The translations under genes were made by a program, and so were the position numbers. A stretch of DNA of 18,159 nucleotides. It comes from Gemmatimonadota bacterium (GTDB lineage Bacteria; Gemmatimonadota; Gemmatimonadetes; Palauibacterales; KS3-K002). Under the pieces are notes generated by a model that was not told the DNA's origin, did no database searches, and saw only the letters and a program-made list of their open reading frames with translations. This document shows positions 1-6,844 of the stretch, in pieces; within the stretch, counting starts at the first letter, position 1; the number at the start of each line of letters is the position of its first letter. The DNA is taken from the NCBI GenBank assembly GCA_039588015.1, contig JBDHAS010000183.1:1-18159 (forward strand), given 5' to 3'.

Positions 1-249
1 GTAGTAGCCGGTAAAGGTGCCGTCCTTGAGGTGAAAGCGGCCGATATCGTACCAGGCGTCTGGAAAGACGAACCAGAGGATGGGCGCTCCCGGCTCGTAG
101 ATAACGCGGTCACCCACACTGAGCGTGGTCTCGAGGGTGGATGGATCATGGAGCGTTATCTTGAAGTCGGATCCGTCTACAACGAGGTCTTGGAAGAAGA
201 CATCGAGTCTGTCCGGGGGGCGTCTGTAGCGAATCTCGATGCGCGACAC
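1..249 (-). CDS. Partial CDS of unknown function, runs off the 5' edge. GTG start at 249..247, 3 nt downstream of the fadB stop, so probably co-transcribed with fadB. N-terminus reads VSRIEIRYRRPPDRLDVFFQDLVVDGSDFKITLHDPSTLETTLSVGDRVIYEPGAPILWFVFPDAWYDIGRFHLKDGTFTGYY.
   Basis: Minus frame is open across 1-249 with third-position GC of about 83%, typical of genes in this window. The overlapping plus ORF 31-255 has only about 58% GC3. GTG sits immediately after the fadB TAA. No recognisable family. Confidence 0.45.
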   Translation of the reverse strand, partial: MSRIEIRYRRPPDRLDVFFQDLVVDGSDFKITLHDPSTLETTLSVGDRVIYEPGAPILWFVFPDAWYDIGRFHLKDGTFTGYY

Positions 250-251
250 GG

Positions 252-2273
252 TTAGGTGGTGTAGAAGGCGGAACGTGCCAGCAGACCCGCCGCTGGCTCG
301 AAGCGCGGCCCTGTCCGCCCGGCGTGGTGGCGCAGGCGCTCGACGACGTTCGCCAACCCGAGCGAGTCGGCGTAGCGAAGCAGGCCGCCGTGGAACGGGG
401 GAAATCCGGCGCCCATGATCATGGCCACATCGAGGGCTTCGATCGAGTCGACTACTCCGTCATCGAGGGTTCGTGTGGCCTCGTTCACCATGACGAGCAG
501 CATACGCTCCTCGGCTTCCTCGATCGCTGGCGGTCGGCCGGCGGTCGCGGCCGGTTGCACCCGAGCGACGTTTTGGTTCACCCCTCTGGAGCTCGAGCCT
601 TTCCAGCGGTAGAACCCCAGGCCGCCCTTGCGGCCGGTCACTCCGGTTGCGAGTACGGCCTCCATGATGGGAGCGGGAGCGAAGCGCGCGCCGAAGCTCG
701 CCAACATTGTCTCGCCCACCTCGGCAGCCACATCGAGTCCGATCTCATCGAGCAGACGCAAGGGCCCGACGGGCAAGCCGAAGCGAGTCATCGATCGGTC
801 GATCTCCTGTATCGTCAAGCCGGCGCCGAACAGATGGCCGGCCTCGGTCAGATAGGCGGCCAGGATCCGGTTCACGACGAAACCGGGGGAATCGGCTACG
901 ATGACGGGCGTTTTGCCCAGGCGAGCTGCGGCCTGGAAAGCCGTTGCGAGCGTGTCGTCGCTGGTCTGAGCGCCGCGCACGACCTCGACCAACGGCATGC
1001 GATGCGGCGGGTTGAAGAAGTGTAGCCCGCAAACCCGTTCTGGCCGTCGGACGTGCTGCTGAAGCTCAGAGACGGAGAGCGCGGACGTGTTGGTGGCGAT
1101 TACCGTCGAGGGACGGCTGCATCGCTCGATATCGGCGAACACCTGGCGCTTGATCTCCATGCGCTCGAGTACGGCCTCGATCACCAGGTCGGCTTCTTCG
1201 AAGCGATCGTAGCTCGTGGTGCCGAGCAGGCAATCTGTCCTGGCCTGCAGGTCGGCTTCGGACCAGTCGGCTCGGGCGGACGCCTTCTCGAGTAGAGCGC
1301 GCGCGTGCGCGACCCGGGCCGCCACCCGCTTGTCATCGACGTCCACGACCTGGACAGGGATGCCCTGGTAGGCGAATAGCTCGGCGATCCCCGCGCCCAT
1401 GACCCCGGCACCGACCACGGCCGCGCCTTCCACAGGTCCGGCGACTCCGGCGGGCCCTCTCTTGCGCGCATTCTCGGTGAGCCTGAAGACGCGGATCAGG
1501 TTCTTGCAAACCGGCGTGACGGCCAGGCTCCCGAAGGCCCGGGCCTCTAGCTCGTGAGCGCGCTGCGGGTCGAGCGCGAAGCCGCGGATGATCGTGTCCA
1601 GAGCGAGCGGCAGCGCCGGGTAGTGGCCCTTGGTGCGGGCGAGCAAGGCTTTGCGGGTCACACGCCGGGTGATCCAGCGCGCCAGGGCACTATCCATCAG
1701 CAGGCGTTCCAGCACCGATCGCCGCCGTCGCGCAAGCGGGCGTGATCCGCGTGCGAGGCCGCTGGCGATAGCGGCTACTTCTTGCTCGAAATCGGGAGCG
1801 CTGAGAACGCGATCGATGAGTCCGATCTCGAGCGCACGCCGGGGGGCGACTGGCCGCCCGGACAGTATCAGGTCGAGGGCGGTCCGGATCCCGACCAAGC
1901 GCGGTAAACGAACCGTTCCACCGAGGCCTGGAAGAACGCCCAGGCGCGTCTCGGGAAGACCAATTCGCGTTTTGGGGCTATCACTCGCGACGCGGTAGTC
2001 GCAGGCGAGGGCCAACTCCGTTGCGCCGCCTACACAAGTGCCACTTATGGCGGCGATCGTGGGTACGGCGAGGCGCTCGAATCGTGAGAAGATCGCCTGC
2101 CCGCGCCTGGCGATCTCGGCGGTGGCGCCGGCCTCGCCGAATCCGGCAAGCTCGTCGAGGTCGGCGCCTGCGATGAAGTTGTCGGGTTTCGCGCTGCGCA
2201 CCAACAGAGCGCGAATATCACCGGCGGCGATACGCTCCTCGATGACTCCGAGAAGTCCGTCGAGGTGCAGCAT
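252..2273 (-). CDS. fadB: Fatty acid oxidation complex alpha subunit (FadB/FadJ type): N-terminal enoyl-CoA hydratase (crotonase fold) plus 3-hydroxyacyl-CoA dehydrogenase. The annotated ATG is internal. The conserved N-terminus continues upstream in the same frame to a TGA at 2349-2351, then in a different frame up to about 2415. The gene is therefore frameshifted or mis-sequenced near 2343-2351.
   Basis: Crotonase motifs (FIAGADL, GGATELALACD). Rossmann motif VVGAGVMGAGIA plus 3HCDH C-terminal domains. Length 673 aa. The upstream translation TTPDGLATLTFDRPDSKVNLL and the frame-1 stretch FEELYWNVLYQSAGGADTLVLNN together align to the E. coli FadB N-terminus ([30 protein letters not shown]). 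Confidence 0.9.
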   Translation of the reverse strand: MLHLDGLLGVIEERIAAGDIRALLVRSAKPDNFIAGADLDELAGFGEAGATAEIARRGQAIFSRFERLAVPTIAAISGTCVGGATELALACDYRVASDSPKTRIGLPETRLGVLPGLGGTVRLPRLVGIRTALDLILSGRPVAPRRALEIGLIDRVLSAPDFEQEVAAIASGLARGSRPLARRRRSVLERLLMDSALARWITRRVTRKALLARTKGHYPALPLALDTIIRGFALDPQRAHELEARAFGSLAVTPVCKNLIRVFRLTENARKRGPAGVAGPVEGAAVVGAGVMGAGIAELFAYQGIPVQVVDVDDKRVAARVAHARALLEKASARADWSEADLQARTDCLLGTTSYDRFEEADLVIEAVLERMEIKRQVFADIERCSRPSTVIATNTSALSVSELQQHVRRPERVCGLHFFNPPHRMPLVEVVRGAQTSDDTLATAFQAAARLGKTPVIVADSPGFVVNRILAAYLTEAGHLFGAGLTIQEIDRSMTRFGLPVGPLRLLDEIGLDVAAEVGETMLASFGARFAPAPIMEAVLATGVTGRKGGLGFYRWKGSSSRGVNQNVARVQPAATAGRPPAIEEAEERMLLVMVNEATRTLDDGVVDSIEALDVAMIMGAGFPPFHGGLLRYADSLGLANVVERLRHHAGRTGPRFEPAAGLLARSAFYTT

Positions 2274-3072
2274 AACCCGGCGGGTGAGCAGGTTGACCTT
2301 CGAGTCGGGGCGGTCGAAGGTGAGCGTCGCGAGGCCGTCGGGCGTTGTTCAACACCAGCGTGTCCGCGCCGCCGGCAGACTGGTAAAGAACGTTCCAGTA
2401 GAGCTCTTCGAACACCAGCGACGCCCTCGTGTGGACCCACCAGTCCCCACGCGGCGCGCTGAAGAGGACCCAGCCGTCGGCGTCGGTCGTGTCCTCCAGT
2501 TCTTCGCGGCCCATGGCCTCGAGCAGGCTGTCGACAATCTCGGTGTAAGGGTCGAACGCCGCGTTGCCCCAAGCCTGGACCACGGCGTTGAACGAGTCGG
2601 CCCGGGCCCGATACTGGCCCTGCAACTCCGTGAAGCGGTCGAAGTACTGCTGCTTGTCACGATCCAGCCTCCGGACCTGCGCATCGAGGTCGTCGAACCT
2701 TCGGTAAGCCTGGGCGTACTCGGTGCTCGCCCGGTCCATGTTCTCCATGCGTTCGGACAACTGCAGCATCTGCGACCGCATGTCGTTCCACGCCCCCTCA
2801 GCCTGGGTCCAGCGAGTTTGTGCATTGGACACGGAATCGCGGAGCACCATGAGGTCCTCCGGAGGCTGGGGCTCGGGGTCCGTGGCCGCCTCGGAGAGCG
2901 CCTCGAAGATCGAGTCGCGGTCGTAGGGTATCAGCCGAATCACCTGCCTCTCGCGACTCACCTCCTCGCCGCCGGCTCCCTCGGACACCGCCCGCACAGC
3001 CAGCTGCGTCGATCGACTACAAGCGGTGAGCGCGGCCAGCAGAACGAGACCCAAGACCCAATGCTTGTTCAT
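2218..3072 (-). CDS. Secreted coiled-coil lipoprotein of unknown function. Signal peptide MNKHWVLGLVLLAALTAC with lipobox LTAC. The ORF has no stop before 2218. Its last 45-65 codons are the FadB N-terminus and then off-frame fadB sequence, so the true 3' end is probably near 2350-2420.
   Basis: ATG preceded by GGGAGAG at -5. Lipobox present. Charged, coiled-coil-like body. No recognisable family. The C-terminal tail ARRPRDAHLRPP... is compositionally junk. Confidence 0.6.
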   Translation of the reverse strand: MNKHWVLGLVLLAALTACSRSTQLAVRAVSEGAGGEEVSRERQVIRLIPYDRDSIFEALSEAATDPEPQPPEDLMVLRDSVSNAQTRWTQAEGAWNDMRSQMLQLSERMENMDRASTEYAQAYRRFDDLDAQVRRLDRDKQQYFDRFTELQGQYRARADSFNAVVQAWGNAAFDPYTEIVDSLLEAMGREELEDTTDADGWVLFSAPRGDWWVHTRASLVFEELYWNVLYQSAGGADTLVLNNARRPRDAHLRPPRLEGQPAHPPGYAAPRRTSRSHRGAYRRR

Positions 3073-3117
3073 TGAGCTCTCCCAGATTAAAGTTCGTGGC
3101 TGCCGAATTCGGGAAAA

Positions 3118-3145
3118 ACGTAGAAAGGACTCCGCGAGTTTTCAA
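3118..3145 (-). promoter_or_regulatory. Candidate sigma70-type promoter for the lipoprotein gene. On the minus strand: TTGAAA, 16-nt spacer, TACGTT. About 40 nt upstream of the ATG at 3072.
   Basis: Hexamers read directly from the reverse complement of 3118-3145. The region is locally AT-rich. Confidence 0.3.
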
Positions 3146-3205
3146 GCGCCAGGGGGTTGGGGCGCCGGTGAGCCTGTAACCGCCCTTGACGGCTGAGTGC
3201 GAACT

Positions 3206-3233
3206 TGACGATGGTTTGGTATAATAACATACA
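3206..3233 (+). promoter_or_regulatory. Candidate extended -10 promoter for lemA: TGGTATAAT at 3218-3226. A weak TTGACG sits at 3206-3211, but the spacer is only 9 bp. Predicted TSS is about 3233.
   Basis: TGnTATAAT match in the most AT-rich patch of the divergent intergenic region 3073-3337. Confidence 0.35.
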
Positions 3234-3337
3234 TGGATCTCTCGTTGTCTGACGTCAGTGGACGGAGCCAAATCGCGACCAGGCCGGGCTGCGGTCGTCG
3301 CTGCCGGGCGCCTGCGGCGGGGTTGAAGGCGTCTGGT

Positions 3338-3826
3338 GTGCGGTGCCTTTTGTTCGCCCTGGCCACGTTGTCGTCAGGTTGCGGTTACGGCGAGATGAAC
3401 GAGCTGGACGAGCAGGTCAGGGCCGCCCGCCACGAGATCGAGGTTCAGCTCCAGCGCCGCGCGGAATTGGTGCCCAGCCTGGTGGAGACGGTAGAAGCGT
3501 ATGCTGGGGCAGGGGACGAGCTTGTAGCGGTCGTGTCCGAAGCGAGGACGGTATTAGCGGGAGCGGTGAGGTCGGGCGATTTTGCCGAGATGCAGGTCGC
3601 CAACATCGAGCTGTGCAGCGCTCTCGACGAGATGCTGGCTTCGGCTACCAGGCTCCCGAATCTGCTCAGTGATCCAGCCTACCAGCTGCTGCAGTCGCAG
3701 CTCGAGGCGACGGGGGAAAGGATCGCGGAGGCCGGTGGAGCATACAACGATGCGGCTCGCCGCTACAACGACTTCATAGCGAAGTTCCCGCAGCTGGTCA
3801 CGGCAAACGAGGCGTCTTCGGAGTGA
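3338..3826 (+). CDS. lemA: LemA-family lipoprotein. GTG start gives the signal peptide MRCLLFALATLSSGC with lipobox LSSGC. The ORF track's ATG at 3233 would add a 35-aa N-terminal extension and is less likely. An ATG at 3233 right after the -10 could alternatively be a leaderless start.
   Basis: LemA hallmarks: VQLQRRAELVPSLVETV, ...PNLLSDPAYQLLQSQLEATGERIAEAGGAYNDAARRYN, ...FPQLVTA. SD GAAGG lies 9 nt upstream of the GTG at 3338. Confidence 0.85.
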   Translation: MRCLLFALATLSSGCGYGEMNELDEQVRAARHEIEVQLQRRAELVPSLVETVEAYAGAGDELVAVVSEARTVLAGAVRSGDFAEMQVANIELCSALDEMLASATRLPNLLSDPAYQLLQSQLEATGERIAEAGGAYNDAARRYNDFIAKFPQLVTANEASSE

Positions 3827-3831
3827 GGTTC

Positions 3832-4074
3832 CTAGGTCAGGATTCTCTTGATCAACTCGAGTCCTATTAGCGCGATGAGGGGAGACACATCTATACCCCC
3901 TGTCGCGGGAAGGGCCTTCCGCAGGGGTTCGAGCACGGGATCAGTCAGCCGAGTCAACAGATCAGTCAGCTGATTCCCGCTGTTCGGAGAGGTGAACCAA
4001 GACAGTATGGCCCTGAGCAGGATCAACCCTTGATATAGGGTGATGAGGAAGACGAGCAGCTCAACGATTCTCAC
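3832..4074 (-). CDS. yggT: YggT-family small integral membrane protein. GTG start.
   Basis: 80 aa with two TM segments and the signature ...LLRAILSWF... / ...LTDPVLEPLRKALP...IDVSPLIALIGLELI. Convergent with lemA. Confidence 0.8.
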   Translation of the reverse strand: MRIVELLVFLITLYQGLILLRAILSWFTSPNSGNQLTDLLTRLTDPVLEPLRKALPATGGIDVSPLIALIGLELIKRILT

Positions 4075-4237
4075 GGTGGCGCCCCACGTTGACAGGTCCT
4101 TGGAGGTTTCGGTTCAGGCGTCACTACGGGCCGGGCGAATCGGGTGTTTCATGCCCGAGATCGAAACCGCTGGGGGCGGGACGGTGTACCTGAGGAACCG
4201 CGCGGGCTGGCCGCAGCAATAGCGGAGAGGAACGGCG

Positions 4238-5281
4238 ATGTCGCACAACCAAGAGTCAAGACAGCTCGTCCGCTACCTGTTCTTCAAGCTCGACCCGCTA
4301 TGGCGGCGGCAGAGCACGGAGAAGCAGATAGATCAGAAAGTCGAGCTGGCGGATACGATTCGCGGTTTTCAGGCTAGGTCGCTCCTCCGTTCGTATAGCC
4401 TGATGGGCACCCGAGGCGACGTAGACCTGATGCTGTGGCAGGCGGCTGAGGACCTGGAGACCTTGCAGGCGCTTGAGACGGCGATCTTCTCGACCCGGTT
4501 GGGTGCTTACTTGTCGACGCCGTACAGCTACTTGGCGATGACGAAACGCTCGGTGTACGACTTTCCCGATGAGGCGGGCATCGATGAGCGGATAACCGTC
4601 AGCCCTCAGGACTCACGCTATCTGTTCCTGTATCCGTTCGTGAAGACACGCCTGTGGTACAAGCTGCCGCATACGGAGCGGCAGGCGATGATGAACGAGC
4701 ACGTGCGCGTAGGCCGCAAGTACCCGGATATCCGAATCAATACTGCGTATTCATTTGGCCTGGACGATCAGGAGTTCATGGTCGGGTTCGAAGGCGATGA
4801 TCCAGGTGAATTCCTGGATCTGGTGATGGAGTTACGGGAGAGTGATGCCTCGGCCTACACGCTTCAGGACACGCCTATCTTCACCTGCATTCAGATGTCG
4901 CTTTGGGATGCGCTCGATTCTCTGGGCGGAGCTTCCGTCTCGGAGTTGGCCGAAGGGGTAGAGCGCGACGAGGAAGGCTTTGTAGCAGTGGCGAGAGTCG
5001 GGGAGGTCCCTCCGGGCCGGTCGAAGCGGGTATACAACGGCGCCGACGCCATCGCTCTCTTCAACGTGGACGGAGAGTTCCACGCGGTGGGCGACCGTTG
5101 CTCGCACGGCAGGGCTTCGCTGAGCGAGGGCTCGGTGGACAGTGATGGCTGCACGCTCAACTGTCCGTGGCACGGCGGGAAATTCAACATCGAGACGGGA
5201 GAGCCGGTGGGAGGGCCGGTCCGTGCCGCGATCAAGACGTATCGGGTGAAGACCGAGGGTGAGCGGATTCTGGTGGGATAG
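4238..5281 (+). CDS. hemQ: Chlorite dismutase-family protein of the HemQ/ChdC type (coproheme decarboxylase-like). Fused at the C-terminus, from about aa 250 to 347, to a small Rieske [2Fe-2S] ferredoxin domain.
   Basis: HemQ-like motifs: YLFFKLDPLWRR, RYLFLYPFVKTRLWYKL, YSFGLDDQEFMVGFEGDDPGEFLDLVMELRES, TPIFTC. Rieske box CSHGRASL ... CPWHGGKF. SD GGAGAGG 7 nt upstream of the ATG. GC3 is high. Confidence 0.8.
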   Translation: MSHNQESRQLVRYLFFKLDPLWRRQSTEKQIDQKVELADTIRGFQARSLLRSYSLMGTRGDVDLMLWQAAEDLETLQALETAIFSTRLGAYLSTPYSYLAMTKRSVYDFPDEAGIDERITVSPQDSRYLFLYPFVKTRLWYKLPHTERQAMMNEHVRVGRKYPDIRINTAYSFGLDDQEFMVGFEGDDPGEFLDLVMELRESDASAYTLQDTPIFTCIQMSLWDALDSLGGASVSELAEGVERDEEGFVAVARVGEVPPGRSKRVYNGADAIALFNVDGEFHAVGDRCSHGRASLSEGSVDSDGCTLNCPWHGGKFNIETGEPVGGPVRAAIKTYRVKTEGERILVG

Positions 5282-5296
5282 CGACGGAATCAGGCT

Positions 5297-5393
5297 TCGA
5301 ATCTCGAATATCGAATAGTGAACATCCAACATCCAAGAACTCGTCTGTGTCGCCCATTGCTTGATTGGACAGTCGATGTTCGATATTCGATAC
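5297..5393. repeat. Six tandem 7-bp units in direct orientation at 5297-5338: tcgaatc tcgaata tcgaata gtgaaca tccaaca tccaaga. Three related units in opposite orientation at 5373-5393: tcgatgt tcgatat tcgatac. The shared core GAATATCGAA recurs elsewhere in intergenic DNA.
   Basis: Read directly from the sequence. Begins 16 nt after the hemQ stop. Related array at 8807-8848. Confidence 0.7.
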
Positions 5394-5422
5394 TCAAAAG
5401 TCTGCATTCTTGCAAACAAAAA

Positions 5423-5444
5423 AGAGCGGGCCTTGGCCCGCTCT
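5423..5444 (-). terminator. Rho-independent terminator hairpin (agagcgggcc/ggcccgctct). The T-run lies on the minus-strand side, so it serves the M23 gene. It may act bidirectionally for hemQ, with a weaker TGCTTTG on the plus side.
   Basis: GC-rich 8-10 bp stem. Flanked by AAAAAA (5418-5423) upstream and tgctttg downstream. Sits between convergent genes. Confidence 0.7.
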
Positions 5445-5472
5445 TGCTTTGTCTATCTTCGGCTAGCAGCCG

Positions 5473-6414
5473 CTACTCCACGATCACCTTCTCTAGTCGG
5501 TGGTTCTGCGGGTTCACCGCGCGGCCGTCCTTCAACACCTCGTAGTGGACGTGCGGCCCCTTAGCCAATCCGCTGCTGCCCACCTGAGCTATGGCGTCAC
5601 CACGGCGAACCCGATCGCCGACTGTGACTTTCAGGTTCCTCTGGTTGTGGGCGTAGCGCGTCTTGTATCCGTTGGCGTGGTCGATCTCCACCGTCCAGCC
5701 GTACCCGGGCCGGTAGCCGGCGTAGGTCACCTGCCCGTCGGCGGTCGCGACGACGGGCGTACCCGGCCAGGCCGAGATATCGATACCCTCATGCGGGCGC
5801 CGAACGTTGAGGAGGGGATGCCAGCGGCTGCGGCTAAAGGAGGAGCTGAGCCAGCCATCGGTGGGGTCGATCGACGGATAGGCCGCCAGATCGTCCCTGT
5901 GTTTCTCCATAGCGGTGGAAGCCTCCTCGAGGCTCACCTTTAGGAGGTTCGACTGGCGGAGCAGCCGATTCAAATCGGTGGTCGCAGCATAGACCTCTCT
6001 GCCCAGGGCCTGGTCGAGCTCGAGCAGCGGCTCGGCTTCGATGGAAGCCGTCCCGGGTCCGCCGATACCCACCTGCCGCACCTCACCGTCGATCTCCGGT
6101 AGCCCAGCCAGCAACCGGAAGCGGCGATCCCGCTCCGATATCGTGCCGATCGACTGGGTCAGTTGGCCCACCGTCTCTCGCATCCGCTGCACGTCCGCCA
6201 CCAGCAGCGCATTCTCCCGCTCGAGCTTGGCCGTCTTCGCCAGCTCGCCGAGATTCAGCACCAATGCAGTAGAGCCAACTAGGAGAAAGAGGAGGAATGC
6301 GGCGACGGTCCCAATCACGGTGCGGAGCGTGCGCTGCGAGACATGCAGCGTGTGCGCAGGCCGGGAAGGGTCCGTCATGACTAGGAACGTTAGGCGGTTT
6401 CGTTCCATCTGCAT
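5473..6414 (-). CDS. M23-family metallopeptidase (LytM domain). N-terminal TM anchor and coiled coil give an EnvC/NlpD-like architecture.
   Basis: LytM motifs HEGIDISAWPGTPVVATADGQV, GYGWTVEIDHANGYKTRYAHN, GSSGLAKGPHVHYEV. TM helix VIGTVAAFLLFLLVGSTALV followed by a coiled coil. Confidence 0.85.
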   Translation of the reverse strand: MQMERNRLTFLVMTDPSRPAHTLHVSQRTLRTVIGTVAAFLLFLLVGSTALVLNLGELAKTAKLERENALLVADVQRMRETVGQLTQSIGTISERDRRFRLLAGLPEIDGEVRQVGIGGPGTASIEAEPLLELDQALGREVYAATTDLNRLLRQSNLLKVSLEEASTAMEKHRDDLAAYPSIDPTDGWLSSSFSRSRWHPLLNVRRPHEGIDISAWPGTPVVATADGQVTYAGYRPGYGWTVEIDHANGYKTRYAHNQRNLKVTVGDRVRRGDAIAQVGSSGLAKGPHVHYEVLKDGRAVNPQNHRLEKVIVE

Positions 6415-6469
6415 TCCGGTTCGCGGTGTTCAGTAGACTGAAAAACTCCAATCGACAACAAACCGTGGG

Positions 6470-6489
6470 CGGGCATACTCGTATGCCCG
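6470..6489. promoter_or_regulatory. Perfect inverted repeat cgggcatac-tc-gtatgcccg (9-2-9). Lies 56-75 nt upstream of the M23 start codon. Candidate operator or 5'-UTR hairpin.
   Basis: Read directly. Located in the 430-bp divergent intergenic region. Confidence 0.4.
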
Positions 6490-6844
6490 GCGTGACGACG
6501 GTTGTTCCGATGGAGAAGGGGCGGCGCCACGTTAATAGGTTGGGGGATAGGTGTCAAGCTTCCACGCCCCCGACTTCTGGGCCGCAAGCTCTATTCCGAC
6601 GTGAAGCAAATCTCTTAAGATGTTACAATATATGACGTTATGTCGTACGCTATCGTGTCCTGGCCCGCCAGGGTGCGATAATGTTTGCACAGGTTTGCAA
6701 GGGTTTTCCGGTAGAATCTCGGTTTGCTGTTCCAATCGGCGGGAAGTTGCGGTGGGGCGGCCCAGGTCTAGTTTTCACTCTAGTCCCGGCGACAGGCTCG
6801 TTCGATATTGCCCCTGCGGTCAGCACTAAAACGGGGGGAGCTCC

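Noticed and set aside
31-255. Plus-strand 74-aa ORF at the left edge, convergent with fadB.
   Set aside because: Third-position GC is only about 58%, against about 83% for the overlapping minus-strand frame. The minus frame is open across the whole region and starts with GTG right after the fadB stop. The plus ORF is therefore the antisense shadow of a real minus-strand gene.
324-2572. Many 60-345 aa ORFs inside and antisense to fadB, including 324-1025, 745-1032, 1630-1998, 2038-3075, 2045-2572 and 2349-2825.
   Set aside because: Arg/Ser/Pro/Gly-rich compositions typical of off-frame translation in high-GC DNA. All are fully overlapped by the FadB or lipoprotein reading frames, which carry the conserved motifs.
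5293-5303. ggcttcgaatc resembles a tRNA T-loop (GGTTCGAATCC).
   Set aside because: No complementary T-stem, acceptor stem or anticodon arm can be drawn in the flanking sequence. It is part of the heptamer repeat array instead.
6620-6829. Cys-rich 69-aa ORF (9 Cys) in the M23/NfeD intergenic region. Considered as a possible small metal-binding or bacteriocin-like peptide.
   Set aside because: GC3 is about 45%, far below coding regions here, and there is no RBS. The Cys codons are a by-product of TGC/TGT-rich regulatory sequence. The other small ORFs in 6390-6905 have the same problem.
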